Assembly: GCA_964570825.1 (NCBI GenBank)
Contig: CAZMZJ010000011.1
Span: forward strand, 3,339-67,338
Reading direction: 5' to 3'
DNA length: 64,000 nt
Source of the DNA: an uncultured Lachnospiraceae bacterium
GTDB taxonomy: Bacteria > Bacillota > Clostridia > Oscillospirales > CAG-272
In this document: piece by piece, positions 9,935 through 19,970 of the stretch
Layout of the letters: every line of letters begins with the position of its first letter
Numbering within the stretch: position 1 is the first letter of the stretch
Notes under the pieces: generated by a model
What the model saw: the letters and a program-made list of their open reading frames with translations, nothing else
What the model was told of the DNA's origin: nothing
Databases searched by the model: none
Translations under genes and position numbers: made by a program

Positions 9935-11064
9935 CAGACTTTGACCAGCTTTGCACGGAAAGCACGGCAGCCGTGCGCCGGAACTACAAGCCTCATATCA
10001 TCACGGCGCAGTCCCATGTCCTCGCCGGTAAGCATATCGTATAGACTGACGGCGACTCCGGAGGAATACGGTACGCCTATGTCAGGGAACGGGATTTCAA
10101 GAGTGTGCGCGGCGTCCTTGAAATTGAAAAATACAAGGGCGAACTCGCCGTTTTCAAGCATTCTGATGAAAATCGGATAGTCCTTTGTCGTGCCGTTCGC
10201 CTGATAGGCCGGACGGCATTCGGCATCCTGATTAAGACGGATAAGCTCTCTGTTCTGGAGCAGTTTCCTGCTTTCCCCGTCAAGGTTGCGTATGTCGGAG
10301 CCTATCATAAGCGGAGAGGAGGCAAGACACCAAAAGACAAACTGGGTGACGTACTCCTCGGGCTTCGTGCAGTTTTCACGACCGACATTGCCCTTGCCGT
10401 GCATTCCGACCGTGAGCATGTCAAGGTCGTTGAAGCAGCCCGCCGCGTTTGCGTTCATGTACGGAATCTGCGAGGTTATGATGCTCGCGAATGACTCGTA
10501 TGTATCAATTATATCCGGTGTAGAACGGTACATATGCGCTCCGATAGAGCGCATCCAGTTCCACGGCTCTCCGCGCCCCCAGTTGCAGGCGGAAAAAACA
10601 ATCTCACGCCCGGTCGAGCGGAGCGCCATGCTCATTGTGAGATAGCGGTTCCTGTTGTCTGCATAGTTCGGGAAATTGCAGAAATCGTATTTCAGAAAAT
10701 CCACGCCCCATTCCGCAAAGGTGCGCGCGTCCTCGTATTCGTGGTCAAAGCTGCTTGCGTATCCGGCGCAGGTGCGGACCCCGGCGCAGGAGTATATTCC
10801 GAATTTCAGCCCCTTCGAATGAACGTAATCGGCAACGGATTTCATGCCGTGCGGGAATTTTTCAGGGTCGGGCACAAGCCGCCCGGTCTTGTAGTCGCGG
10901 TCGCGGAGAAGCCAGCAGTCGTCTATCACTACATATTCATATCCGGCATCCTGGTATCCGAGCTCAACCATGGCGTCCGCGGTTTCACGGATGAGTTTAT
11001 CGTTTATGTCATCGGCAAAGGTGTTCCATGTGTTCCAGCCCATCGGCGGTCTCTGTGCGATCAT
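9934..11064 (-). CDS. Alpha-galactosidase, GH27-like, no signal peptide
   Basis: 376 aa containing PPMGWNTWNTF and YEYVVIDDCW, motifs typical of GH27. Confidence 0.85.
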   Translation of the reverse strand: MIAQRPPMGWNTWNTFADDINDKLIRETADAMVELGYQDAGYEYVVIDDCWLLRDRDYKTGRLVPDPEKFPHGMKSVADYVHSKGLKFGIYSCAGVRTCAGYASSFDHEYEDARTFAEWGVDFLKYDFCNFPNYADNRNRYLTMSMALRSTGREIVFSACNWGRGEPWNWMRSIGAHMYRSTPDIIDTYESFASIITSQIPYMNANAAGCFNDLDMLTVGMHGKGNVGRENCTKPEEYVTQFVFWCLASSPLMIGSDIRNLDGESRKLLQNRELIRLNQDAECRPAYQANGTTKDYPIFIRMLENGEFALVFFNFKDAAHTLEIPFPDIGVPYSSGVAVSLYDMLTGEDMGLRRDDMRLVVPAHGCRAFRAKLVKV

Positions 11065-11185
11065 ATTAGGTCTCCTTTTTACTATTTTACTATTTTACTA
11101 TTTTGATTTTGCGGCGCAGTAAATTTTTACCTGTGATAAGTATATTACGAGGATCGCTTTATGTCAAGCGGTTATCGGAATTATA

Positions 11186-11215
11186 GATAAAAGGCTCCGC
11201 CGTTCAGGCGGAGCC
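11186..11215 (-). terminator. Rho-independent terminator after the ABC operon
   Basis: On the minus strand: GGCTCCGCC-TGAAC-GGCGGAGCC followed by TTTTAT. Confidence 0.75.
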
Positions 11216-11222
11216 ATAAATG

Positions 11223-12023
11223 TCACTTCTGGTCTGAGCTTCTGAAAATAAGCGTTCCGCCGACAGTTATGGCGACGATGTACGCTGCCGAGCTTAAAAT
11301 CGAAATGATAAATATTCCGCCGTCAAAACTGCCGGACGCCGCCGCTGTTATCTGATACGCAGGGTTGAATTTCAACAGCGTTTCAAGCCAGCCGGGCATA
11401 TCCGCAATCATCGCCGGAAGACTGCCGAGAACCGACAGCAGCAGCATGGCGGATATCTGCAGTATTATCGTCATTCCCATACTGCGCGTTACCGCCGCGA
11501 AGAACACCGAGAGCGAGGCGGTAAAAGCAAAAATCAGCGTCCCCATGAGAAGAATTTTCAGCATAAATATTATTTCGCCGGAATTGATTTCGCTTCCGTA
11601 GCCGAGAATAAGGCTGCCGAAAACAAGCGAGAGCAGCGCGTATAGTGCGTACAGAGCGACGCCGGTCAGAACGGCGGAAACAAAATGGGAAAGGTACACC
11701 GAGGATTTGCTGTGCCCGGATATTATTTTGTTTCTGACAGTCCCCGCGGCAAAGTCGCGGCAGACTATAATCCCGATAAGCACAGGCAGGATAAGCCCGA
11801 AATTGTTCGTCAGAGACATCGAGGTGGCGAATATATATTTGCCGCTGATGGAGATGCCTGCCCCGTATTCTCCGAGTTGCTCAAGGCTTGCCGCCATAAG
11901 TGGCTTGAGAAGAGCAAGAATTGCCGGCATCATCAACGAAAATATAATGAGCAGAATAAGAGCCACAGTAAAAATTACGTCTTTCCTTATGCGGTAGAAA
12001 TCCGCCGAAAGAAGATTATGCAT
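11223..12023 (-). CDS. ABC-2 type transporter permease
   Basis: 266 aa with about 6 TM helices. It overlaps the upstream ATPase gene. Confidence 0.75.
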   Translation of the reverse strand: MHNLLSADFYRIRKDVIFTVALILLIIFSLMMPAILALLKPLMAASLEQLGEYGAGISISGKYIFATSMSLTNNFGLILPVLIGIIVCRDFAAGTVRNKIISGHSKSSVYLSHFVSAVLTGVALYALYALLSLVFGSLILGYGSEINSGEIIFMLKILLMGTLIFAFTASLSVFFAAVTRSMGMTIILQISAMLLLSVLGSLPAMIADMPGWLETLLKFNPAYQITAAASGSFDGGIFIISILSSAAYIVAITVGGTLIFRSSDQK

Positions 12024-12936
12024 GAGAGCCGCCTCCCGTCACTTTGAGATAATAGTCTTCAAGATTGTCGTCCCTGCTGTTGACGCTTGCGGCGCTGTAT
12101 CCGCCTGCCTGAAGCCCGGATACAAGAATTCCAACACCGATGTCGTCAAACACGCGCAAAATCCTGCCGTTCACAGTACATTCCTTAACGCCGAGCGACT
12201 TTTTTACGTATTCCGCCGCGCCGGCCGGGTCGTCAAGCTCTATATCTATGCTTTTCCGGCATTCACGGTGCATTTCGTCCGCGGTCAGCTCCTTTACAAG
12301 CTTCCCCGCCGTGATAAAGCCGTACTTTGTCGCTACAAGCGAAAGCTCGCGAAGTATGTGGCTTGAAATTAGGAAGGTTATGCCGCGCTCGCGGTTGAGC
12401 TTCAATATCAGCCCGCGGATGTCTATGATTCCCTGATGGTCAAGCCCGTTGAGAGGCTCGTCAAGTATCATGAATTCGGGCGCGCCGAGAAGTGACATCG
12501 CAATTCCAAGGCGCTGCCGCATCCCGAGAGAAAAATTCCCGGCCTTGCGCTTCGTCCCGGCAACATCAGAAAGGCCTACGGTAAAGAGCAGCTCGCCGTT
12601 GCTTTTGGTGTCAATGCCGAGAATGCGGCACTGCTCGCTCAGGTTCTCGTCGGCCGTCATGTTGGTGTATATCGCCGGAGCTTCGACTATAGCCGAGATG
12701 CGGCGGCGCGCTTTTACAATTTCGGGCGACCTGCCGTCAATACCGAAAAGGGAGTATGTCCCGGATGTGGGCGACGCAAGTCCGGTCACAAGCCGTATTA
12801 TCGTGGTCTTCCCCGCGCCGTTTGCTCCCACAAAACCGTATATGTCTTTACGGTTTATCGTCATGTTTACTCCGTTTACTGCGGTATTGCTGCCGTATTT
12901 CTTAGTCAGTCCGTATGTTCTGAGAATTTCGTCCAT
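12016..12936 (-). CDS. ABC transporter ATP-binding protein
   Basis: Walker A GANGAGKTT, signature LSLGMRQRL and Walker B MILDEP. Confidence 0.93.
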   Translation of the reverse strand: MDEILRTYGLTKKYGSNTAVNGVNMTINRKDIYGFVGANGAGKTTIIRLVTGLASPTSGTYSLFGIDGRSPEIVKARRRISAIVEAPAIYTNMTADENLSEQCRILGIDTKSNGELLFTVGLSDVAGTKRKAGNFSLGMRQRLGIAMSLLGAPEFMILDEPLNGLDHQGIIDIRGLILKLNRERGITFLISSHILRELSLVATKYGFITAGKLVKELTADEMHRECRKSIDIELDDPAGAAEYVKKSLGVKECTVNGRILRVFDDIGVGILVSGLQAGGYSAASVNSRDDNLEDYYLKVTGGGSHA

Positions 12937-12945
12937 GAATGCCTT

Positions 12946-13161
12946 TCACTCCTTTGTGTTTTTACCGATGCCGGGCGGCACGGGGCTGCCGCTTTTATGC
13001 CTTTGCCTGACGCATTCTGTCAGCAGATACTCTATCTGCCCGTTGACAGAACGGAAGTCTTCCTCCGCCCATGCGGTTATTTCGCGCAGAAGAGAGGACG
13101 ACAGCCGCAGAGGTATCTGCTTCTTGTCCTTGTCGCTTTTTGTTTCTATGCGGTCTGTCAT
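12946..13161 (-). CDS. Arc/MetJ-type ribbon-helix-helix DNA-binding protein
   Basis: 71 aa. The segment KKQIPLRLSSSLLREITAWAEEDFRSVNGQIEYLL matches an RHH beta-alpha-alpha pattern. Confidence 0.6.
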   Translation of the reverse strand: MTDRIETKSDKDKKQIPLRLSSSLLREITAWAEEDFRSVNGQIEYLLTECVRQRHKSGSPVPPGIGKNTKE

Positions 13162-13165
13162 AATT

Positions 13166-14173
13166 TTAATATATCGAGCCGCTGTTGACTACCGGCTGGG
13201 CGTCACGGTTGCCGCAGAGAACGACGAGCAGATTGCTGACCATCGCCGCCTTCCTTTCGTCGTCGAGCGCGACTATATTGTTCTCGCTGAGCTTCGCAAG
13301 GGCCATCTCAACCATGCCTACCGCTCCGTCGACTATCATCTTGCGCGCGTCGATTATGGCCGAGGCCTGCTGCCTCTGAAGCATTGCGGCGGCAATTTCG
13401 GGAGCGTACGCAAGGTAGGTTATTCTGGCTTCGATGACTTCAATGCCGGCTATCTCTACCTTCCTCTGGATTTCATCGCGTATCTTGTCCGCGATTTCCT
13501 GGCTCGAGCCGCGGAGCGATTTTTCGTCGCCGTCGCTCGACACGTCGTACGGGTACATGCGGACAATATTGCGAAGCGCCGAATCGCACTGGATTGACAA
13601 AAATTCCTTGTAGTTGTCCACGTTGAACACGGCCTTGGCGGTGTTGACCACGCGCCAGATGACGACAATGCCGATTTCAATCGGATTGCCGAGAAGGTCG
13701 TTTATTTTTTGTTTGTTATTGTTTAGCGTCATCGCCTTGAGCGATATCTTGCGGTTGGGCGGGAACTGCCCTGAGGCTGTCTTGACGGCGGGTTTCGGCT
13801 GCACCGAGGCCGTGGACGGCTCCACCTCGGCGGGAGCAACCGAGGAAACAAAGGGATTCACAAAATAAAAGCCTTCGGTGTCAAGTGTGCCGATGTATTT
13901 GCCGAAAAGGGTTAGCACCATCGCTTCCTTCGGACGGATTACCTTTAATCCGGGAAAGATTATCCAGCCGAGGCACAGATAAGCCATGCTTGACGCAAAT
14001 ATCGCCGTGCCGGACGCCGACGATATATCGGAATCGAGAAGAACTCCGCCGTAAATCAGCCCGGCTATGGCGGCGATGTATAGAATTACCGAAACAACAA
14101 GCACCGGCATGCCCGGCGCCGCTTTAAGATGCTTTTCTTCTGTCAGCAGCATTTTTTCGTTCATATAAAGCAC
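13166..14173 (-). CDS. SPFH/Band 7 domain membrane protein
   Basis: 335 aa with N-terminal TM helices, then an SPFH-like core and the Ala/Gln-rich helix AAAMLQRQQASAIIDARK. Confidence 0.8.
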   Translation of the reverse strand: MLYMNEKMLLTEEKHLKAAPGMPVLVVSVILYIAAIAGLIYGGVLLDSDISSASGTAIFASSMAYLCLGWIIFPGLKVIRPKEAMVLTLFGKYIGTLDTEGFYFVNPFVSSVAPAEVEPSTASVQPKPAVKTASGQFPPNRKISLKAMTLNNNKQKINDLLGNPIEIGIVVIWRVVNTAKAVFNVDNYKEFLSIQCDSALRNIVRMYPYDVSSDGDEKSLRGSSQEIADKIRDEIQRKVEIAGIEVIEARITYLAYAPEIAAAMLQRQQASAIIDARKMIVDGAVGMVEMALAKLSENNIVALDDERKAAMVSNLLVVLCGNRDAQPVVNSGSIY

Positions 14174-14185
14174 TCCTATATTAAA

Positions 14186-14239
14186 TTGATATCAAAATGA
14201 TATCATCTAAATGATATCATATTACCGGCGCCATGTCAA
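14186..14239 (-). promoter_or_regulatory. Promoter plus three palindromic operator-like 10-mers for the SPFH-RHH-ABC operon
   Basis: On the minus strand, TTGACA (14234-14239), a 17-nt spacer, then TATCAT. Palindromes are TTGATATCAA (14186-14195), ATGATATCAT (14197-14206) and ATGATATCAT (14211-14220). The last overlaps the -10 box. Confidence 0.6.
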
Positions 14240-14338
14240 GAGCAAAATGAATTTTTTTATTGTTTTATTGTACTTGACTTGCATCAGACGTCAAATTATA
14301 ATTAAAAAAAAGCGGCTTGCCGCTCACCGGAGGTTCGG

Positions 14339-15319
14339 ATGATTGACCGCATAAGCCTTTACATTTCAGACAGCTATGATCCCTACATGAATATGGCGAC
14401 CGAAAAATACCTGACGCTCAACGCAAGGCCCGGCGAGTGCATACTGTTTCTGTGGCAGAATGAAAATACAGTCGTCATAGGGCGCAACCAGAACTGCTGG
14501 AGTGAATGCAACGTCAGTCTGCTCGAGAAGGAGGGCGGACATCTGGCGCGCCGGCTTTCGGGCGGCGGGGCGGTTTACCACGATATTCAGAACCTGAATT
14601 TCTCCTTCGCGGCAAGGCGGGAGGATTACTGCGTGCAGCGGCAGCTTTCGGTAATCGCCGGGGCGGTGAGAAAATTCGGCATCGCGGCGGAGCCGGGCGG
14701 GCGCAACGATATCCTCGCCGGCGGCCGCAAGTTCTCCGGCAACGCCTTCTGGTGCTTCGGCGAAAGCTATCTCCACCACGGCACTATACTGATTAAAACC
14801 GATACCGCAAAAATGGAGCGCTACCTCAGCGTTCCCCGTGACAAGCTGGCAGCGAAAGGAGTCTTATCGGCGCGCTCGCGGGTCGTCAACCTCAGCGAGC
14901 TGTCCCCCGGCATTACTGTCGGCGGCGTTAAGGAAATGCTATGCGAGGAGTTCGGCAGGGTGTACGGCCTGCCGGCCGAGCATTATGTTTTCCAGCGGGA
15001 CGCGGAGAAAAAAATCGGCGGGTACCGCGCGGAGTTTGATTCCCCCGAATGGAAATACGGTCGCACGCCTCAATTCACTCATGAATTATCAAGGCGGTTC
15101 CCGTGGGGCGGAGTGACCTTCTGCCTCGACGTCAGGGAAGGGAAAATATTCGGATGCGAGGTGTTCTCAGACTCTCTCGACCCGGATTTCATCGGCAGGC
15201 TCCCCGGACTTCTGCGCGGGCGGAAATATAACGCCTCAGACATGGCATCCGCGCTTGTCGGCGAGGGGGAATGCCGCGAGGCAGCCGACATAGCTATGCT
15301 TTTCAGGGAAGAAATATAA
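14339..15319 (+). CDS. lplA: Lipoate-protein ligase
   Basis: 326 aa containing FLWQNENTVVIGRNQN and RRLSGGGAVYHDIQNLNFSF, typical of LplA/LplJ. Confidence 0.88.
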   Translation: MIDRISLYISDSYDPYMNMATEKYLTLNARPGECILFLWQNENTVVIGRNQNCWSECNVSLLEKEGGHLARRLSGGGAVYHDIQNLNFSFAARREDYCVQRQLSVIAGAVRKFGIAAEPGGRNDILAGGRKFSGNAFWCFGESYLHHGTILIKTDTAKMERYLSVPRDKLAAKGVLSARSRVVNLSELSPGITVGGVKEMLCEEFGRVYGLPAEHYVFQRDAEKKIGGYRAEFDSPEWKYGRTPQFTHELSRRFPWGGVTFCLDVREGKIFGCEVFSDSLDPDFIGRLPGLLRGRKYNASDMASALVGEGECREAADIAMLFREEI

Positions 15320-15478
15320 GGGATTCAGGACTTTTTCAAGCCGCTGAACCCCCAAAAGAGCTTTTCCGCTATATCCGTTATTTGTTCCGGCGGCGGAGTA
15401 TCCACGGCAAAAGGCGGATACCTGAAAACTGCCGATAACGCCTTCACGGATATTCTTCCGCAGGTGCGCCGGATAAAT

Positions 15479-16894
15479 TCATTTTACGGTTTCAAATTTG
15501 ATAAGGCTTGTGTTGCCCGATCTGCCGTTGGTCTGGCCGCCGGTGATGACGATAATGTCGCCCGGCTGCGCAAGCCCCGACTCCTTCGCGGTGCGGACCG
15601 CGTTGTAGAAGAGCACGTCGGTCGACTGGAACTCCTCGCTCATCGCCGGCACCACATTCCACGAGAGCGCCAGCTTGCGCCAGACCTTTTCGTCCGTCGT
15701 CATGCCGATTATGGGTTTCGGCGAGCGGAAACGCGAAACCATTCTCGCCGTCGCGCCGGAGCGTGTGCAGACGACTATCAGCTTCGCGTCGATGTCTATT
15801 GACAGCGCGCAGGTGGCATGAGATATCGCGTCGATGGAATTCTTGATCCTGAAGCTCGAATCATGAAATCTCTCGGCGTAGTTTATGTCCTTCTCGGTCT
15901 GCTCGGCGATGCACGCCATTGTCCTGACAGCTTCAACCGGATATTTTCCCGCCGCCGTTTCCCCCGAAAGCATTACGGCGGAGGTCCCGTCGTAAACGGC
16001 GTTCGCTACGTCGGATATCTCGGCTCTTGTGGGCCGGGGCTTCTGTATCATTGATTCGAGCATCTCGGTCGCTGTTATGATGCGCTTGCCGCGGAAACGG
16101 CAGGTGGTGATTATGTGTTTCTGTATCGCTGGAAGCTGCTCGAACGGTATTTCAACCCCCATGTCGCCACGGGCGATCATTATCCCGTCGCTCACGTCGA
16201 TGATTTCCTCTATGTTGTCAACGCCAGAGCGGTTTTCGATTTTTGCGATGATGTCTATATCGGATCCGCCGTTGGCGTCGAGAAAACGGCGGACATCAAG
16301 GACGTTTTCCTTGTTTGACACAAACGAGCAGGCGACAAAATCAACGTCGTTTTCAATCCCAAACAGCAGATCCGACTTGTCCTGCTCGCTGAGAAATTCC
16401 TGCCTCATGGTCTTGCCGGGAAAATTCATGCTCTTGCGGTCGGACAGCTCTCCGCCGATTATCACTTTTGTGATTACTTCGGTGGGAGTTGTTCCGGTGA
16501 CCATGAATTCGACAAGCCCGTTGTTGAGCAGTATCGGGTCGCCGGGCGCCAGTTCCGCAGGCAGGTTTTTATATGATACCGCAACGCGGGTCTGGTCGCC
16601 TATTATCTCTTCGGTGGTGAAGGTGAATGTGTCGCCTTCAGACAGCATAATCTTGCCGTCTTTGAAGGTCCTGATGCGGTATTCCGGCCCTTTCGTGTCA
16701 AGCATGATGGCTACGGGCAGGCCGAGCTTCTGCCGGACGCGCTTTAACATGTCCATCATCGTTTTATGCTCGGAATGGTCGCCGTGCGAAAAATTAAAAC
16801 GCGCCACGTTCATTCCGGCAAGTATCATTTTTTCAAGTATGTCCTCCCTGCTGCAGGCAGGGCCTATCGTGCATATTATCTTTGTCTTCTTCAT
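15479..16894 (-). CDS. pyk: Pyruvate kinase
   Basis: MKKTKIICTIGPAC, FNFSHG and MIARGDMGVEIP. ATG at 16894 lies 6 nt after GGAGA; the track start at 16906 is a TTG. Confidence 0.96.
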   Translation of the reverse strand: MKKTKIICTIGPACSREDILEKMILAGMNVARFNFSHGDHSEHKTMMDMLKRVRQKLGLPVAIMLDTKGPEYRIRTFKDGKIMLSEGDTFTFTTEEIIGDQTRVAVSYKNLPAELAPGDPILLNNGLVEFMVTGTTPTEVITKVIIGGELSDRKSMNFPGKTMRQEFLSEQDKSDLLFGIENDVDFVACSFVSNKENVLDVRRFLDANGGSDIDIIAKIENRSGVDNIEEIIDVSDGIMIARGDMGVEIPFEQLPAIQKHIITTCRFRGKRIITATEMLESMIQKPRPTRAEISDVANAVYDGTSAVMLSGETAAGKYPVEAVRTMACIAEQTEKDINYAERFHDSSFRIKNSIDAISHATCALSIDIDAKLIVVCTRSGATARMVSRFRSPKPIIGMTTDEKVWRKLALSWNVVPAMSEEFQSTDVLFYNAVRTAKESGLAQPGDIIVITGGQTNGRSGNTSLIKFETVK

Positions 16895-17259
16895 ATTTAT
16901 CTCCAATTATGACGGGCGTATGCTCGCGCCCGCTTCCAAATAATGACTGCAATTTCAAGGGAATGATATTCAACCTTAAACCTGAGGTCATTATATTATA
17001 GCACTCGGACGCTTCAAATTCAATATAAAATGTATATTGTTCCATCAATTTCAAACCGGTTTTCATCTTTATCCTTTATGACGGAGGCGTCACGGAAAAT
17101 TAATTTGTTTTTAAAAATAAGAATTTTATAATGACATGCGGCTGAAAATATGGTATAATGTCATAAACTTATTTATTTAACAAAAACTATCCTGATATCA
17201 GGCCGCTTTTGCACTATGCTGCACAAACAGCCGTTATTCTTTTTCAGCAGAGGTTACAT

Positions 17260-18387
17260 ATGGTTGCAGTTAAAGAAGTAAAGACAAAAAATGAACTGCG
17301 TAAATTTGTCGATTTCCCCAACAGGCTTTACCGCGGCTGCGTCAATTTCGTGCCGGCCCTGTACGCTGACGATATGGACGACTGGAATCCCAAAAAAAAT
17401 CCCGCCTTCGAATACTGCGAGGCTAAGTGCTTCCTCGCGTACCGCGACGGCAGAATCGTCGGGCGGATAGGCGCGATTTACAATATGCGTTCAAACGAAA
17501 AATGGAAAACAAAACGCATGCGCTTCTCACAGGCGGATTTCATCGACGACCCCGAGGTTTCAGGCGCGCTTTTTGAGGCTGTCGAAAATTACGCGCGGGA
17601 AAAAGGGTGCAGCGAAGTGCACGGCCCGCTCGGATTCTGCGACATGGACCGCGAGGGAATGCTTGTCGAGGGCTTTGACCGCAAAAGCCTGTTTATTACG
17701 TATTATAACCATCCATACTATATCGAACACCTGACGAGGCTCGGATACGTCAAGGACGTGGACTGGATTGAGCAGAGAATCGAAATCCCGTACGACGATA
17801 AGACGGTTTCGCTTATGTCAAGAGCGGCGAAATATGTTTCGAAGGGTCTGAATCTGCATGTCGCAGACCTGCATCGCCAGAAAGATTACGGGAAGTATGT
17901 CCCGGAGGTCTTCCGGCTCGTCAATATCGCGTACGCCCACCTCTACGGCACCGTCGAGCTGTCCGAAAAACAGATAACAAGATACGCAAAAAAGTTCGGA
18001 CCGCTGATAAACCCGAAGCTGACCTGCATGGTCATGAACGATAAAAATGAACTTGTTGCCTTCGGCATCGCAGCCCCCGCAATGGAAGACGCCCTCATAA
18101 AATGCCGCGGACGGCTTTTCCCCTTCGGCTGGCTCGGCGTGCTTAAGGCGCTCCACAAAAACGACACGATGGACTTGTTCCTCATCGCCGTCCACCCAAG
18201 CCTGCGCGGAACCGGCGTCAACGCCATGATAATCGACCATATTATCCGCGGATGCCACGAGATGGGCATTAAATATGCCGAAACCGGCCCGATGCTTGAA
18301 ATGAACAGTCAGATTCAGGCGCAATGGCAGCATTTTAAGGCCGAGCAGCATAAAAGACGCAGATGCTTCGTTAAAAATATCGAATAA
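17260..18387 (+). CDS. GNAT-like acyltransferase family protein (function unknown)
   Basis: About 375 aa from the ATG at 17260 (RBS AGAGG). General GNAT-like pattern with the C-terminal region IAVHPSLRGTGVNAMI. Confidence 0.55.
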   Translation: MVAVKEVKTKNELRKFVDFPNRLYRGCVNFVPALYADDMDDWNPKKNPAFEYCEAKCFLAYRDGRIVGRIGAIYNMRSNEKWKTKRMRFSQADFIDDPEVSGALFEAVENYAREKGCSEVHGPLGFCDMDREGMLVEGFDRKSLFITYYNHPYYIEHLTRLGYVKDVDWIEQRIEIPYDDKTVSLMSRAAKYVSKGLNLHVADLHRQKDYGKYVPEVFRLVNIAYAHLYGTVELSEKQITRYAKKFGPLINPKLTCMVMNDKNELVAFGIAAPAMEDALIKCRGRLFPFGWLGVLKALHKNDTMDLFLIAVHPSLRGTGVNAMIIDHIIRGCHEMGIKYAETGPMLEMNSQIQAQWQHFKAEQHKRRRCFVKNIE

Positions 18388-18394
18388 CGGGGAT

Positions 18395-19768
18395 ATGAAT
18401 ATGAATGTATGCCTTGCAAACGATTCCTTCCCGCCGCTTATCGACGGCGTGAGCAATACGGTGGTCAATTACGCCACAATCATCGGGCAGAAATACGGCA
18501 AAGCTATAGTCGCAACCCCAAAATATCCGGGCGCGGCCGACGATTATCCGTTTGAGGTCGTGAGATATGCCAGCCTTAACACCGAAAAAATGATAGGCTA
18601 CCGGACGGGTTATCCGTTCTCAAACGACGCGATGCGCCGCCTTGAGGCCTTCAAACCCGATATAATCCACAGCCACTGCCCCATGGCGTCTACTTTCCTC
18701 TGCCGCGAACTTCGCGAAATCACCGCGGCGCCCATCGTTTTCACATACCATACTAAGTTCGATATCGACATAAAGCGCGCGGTTAAGCTTAAGTTTATCC
18801 ACGAGCCGGCAATACGCGAGGTCGTGCGCAACATCGAGGCGTGCGACGAGGTGTGGGTCGTCAACAGCGGGGCGGGGGAGAACCTGAAAAGCCTCGGGTA
18901 CAGGGGCGACTACATCGTTATGCCGAACGGCGTCGACATCGACCGCACACCCGCGGATCCTTTGATTATCAGCAGAATCAACAGCACATACGGCTTTACA
19001 GATGATATACCGGTCTTCCTTTTCGTCGGGCGGGTAATGTGGTACAAAGGACTCAAAATCATACTCGACGGGCTCCGTCAGCTGAAGGACGCAGGTGTCC
19101 CTTTCCGAATGGTCTTTGTCGGAAAAGGCGACAATCTTGAGGATGTCAAGGCTTATTCGGCGGAAAAAGGTCTTAAAGGCGAGTGCGTCTTCACCGGAGC
19201 AATCTATGACCGCGCCGAGCTGAAGGCGTGGTATACCCGCGCCGACCTCTTCCTTCTGCCGTCGGTGTTCGACAACAACCCCCTCGTCGTCAAGGAGGCC
19301 GCAGCCTGCTCGACCGCAAGCGTACTGATACGCGGCAGCAGCTCGGCGGAAGGCGTCACCGACGGCGAAAACGGCCTGCTTATCGAGGAGGACGCCGGAG
19401 AAATGGCGCGCGTGCTTATCTCAATGTGCTCAAACCGCGACAGGATGCGCCTTGTCGGCGAAAAGGCGGCTGAGAGCCTTTATATTTCGTGGGAGGACAG
19501 CGTCGCAAGGGCTGAGGCGAGATACGAGGAGGTTTTGAAGAACCACCGCGCCGGCAATATCCGCCGCCAGAAAATTAAATATGACAGGGCTATTAAAATG
19601 CTCGGAAACACATATAAAGGGCTTATCCGCGCAAAGCTTGCCGGCGAAAATATAAGAGCCGGAGTAAAGGAGCAGTTCCGCGACATGGGACAGACGCAGG
19701 ATGAACTTTACGAGTGGGTCAAGAGCCTTTATGAAAATATAAAGGATTACTTCGGAAGATACCAGTGA
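18395..19768 (+). CDS. Glycosyltransferase family 4-like
   Basis: 457 aa containing NDSFPPLIDGVSNTV (GT4 N-domain) and PSVFDNNPLVVKEAAAC (an EX7E-like region). Confidence 0.8.
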   Translation: MNMNVCLANDSFPPLIDGVSNTVVNYATIIGQKYGKAIVATPKYPGAADDYPFEVVRYASLNTEKMIGYRTGYPFSNDAMRRLEAFKPDIIHSHCPMASTFLCRELREITAAPIVFTYHTKFDIDIKRAVKLKFIHEPAIREVVRNIEACDEVWVVNSGAGENLKSLGYRGDYIVMPNGVDIDRTPADPLIISRINSTYGFTDDIPVFLFVGRVMWYKGLKIILDGLRQLKDAGVPFRMVFVGKGDNLEDVKAYSAEKGLKGECVFTGAIYDRAELKAWYTRADLFLLPSVFDNNPLVVKEAAACSTASVLIRGSSSAEGVTDGENGLLIEEDAGEMARVLISMCSNRDRMRLVGEKAAESLYISWEDSVARAEARYEEVLKNHRAGNIRRQKIKYDRAIKMLGNTYKGLIRAKLAGENIRAGVKEQFRDMGQTQDELYEWVKSLYENIKDYFGRYQ

Positions 19769-19970
19769 TTATTGTGACACCCGGGGAATTTTCATTTTTC
19801 TCCGGGCCTGTTTTAATTTACTCACGGATCGGGAGCGTTTCTTAATCTTGACAACCCCGACCGGTTGTGTTATTATTATTTGATAATGCGTAACGCAATC
19901 AGTCAGCGTTTCGGCCTGCGGCGACATCCCCGAAAGCGTGAATAATCAAAAATCCTTGGCTTTTATTTTT

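Noticed and set aside
12449-13597. 382-aa ORF on the + strand, with similar long antisense ORFs at 16029..16943, 22259..23239, 27688..28902, 10534..11106 and 6033..6692
   Set aside because: Each lies antisense to a gene with an unmistakable conserved product (ABC ATPase/SPFH, pyk, trpS, serC, alpha-galactosidase, ftsK). The translations are low-complexity or Arg/Ser-rich with no motifs. These are typical shadow ORFs of GC-rich coding DNA.
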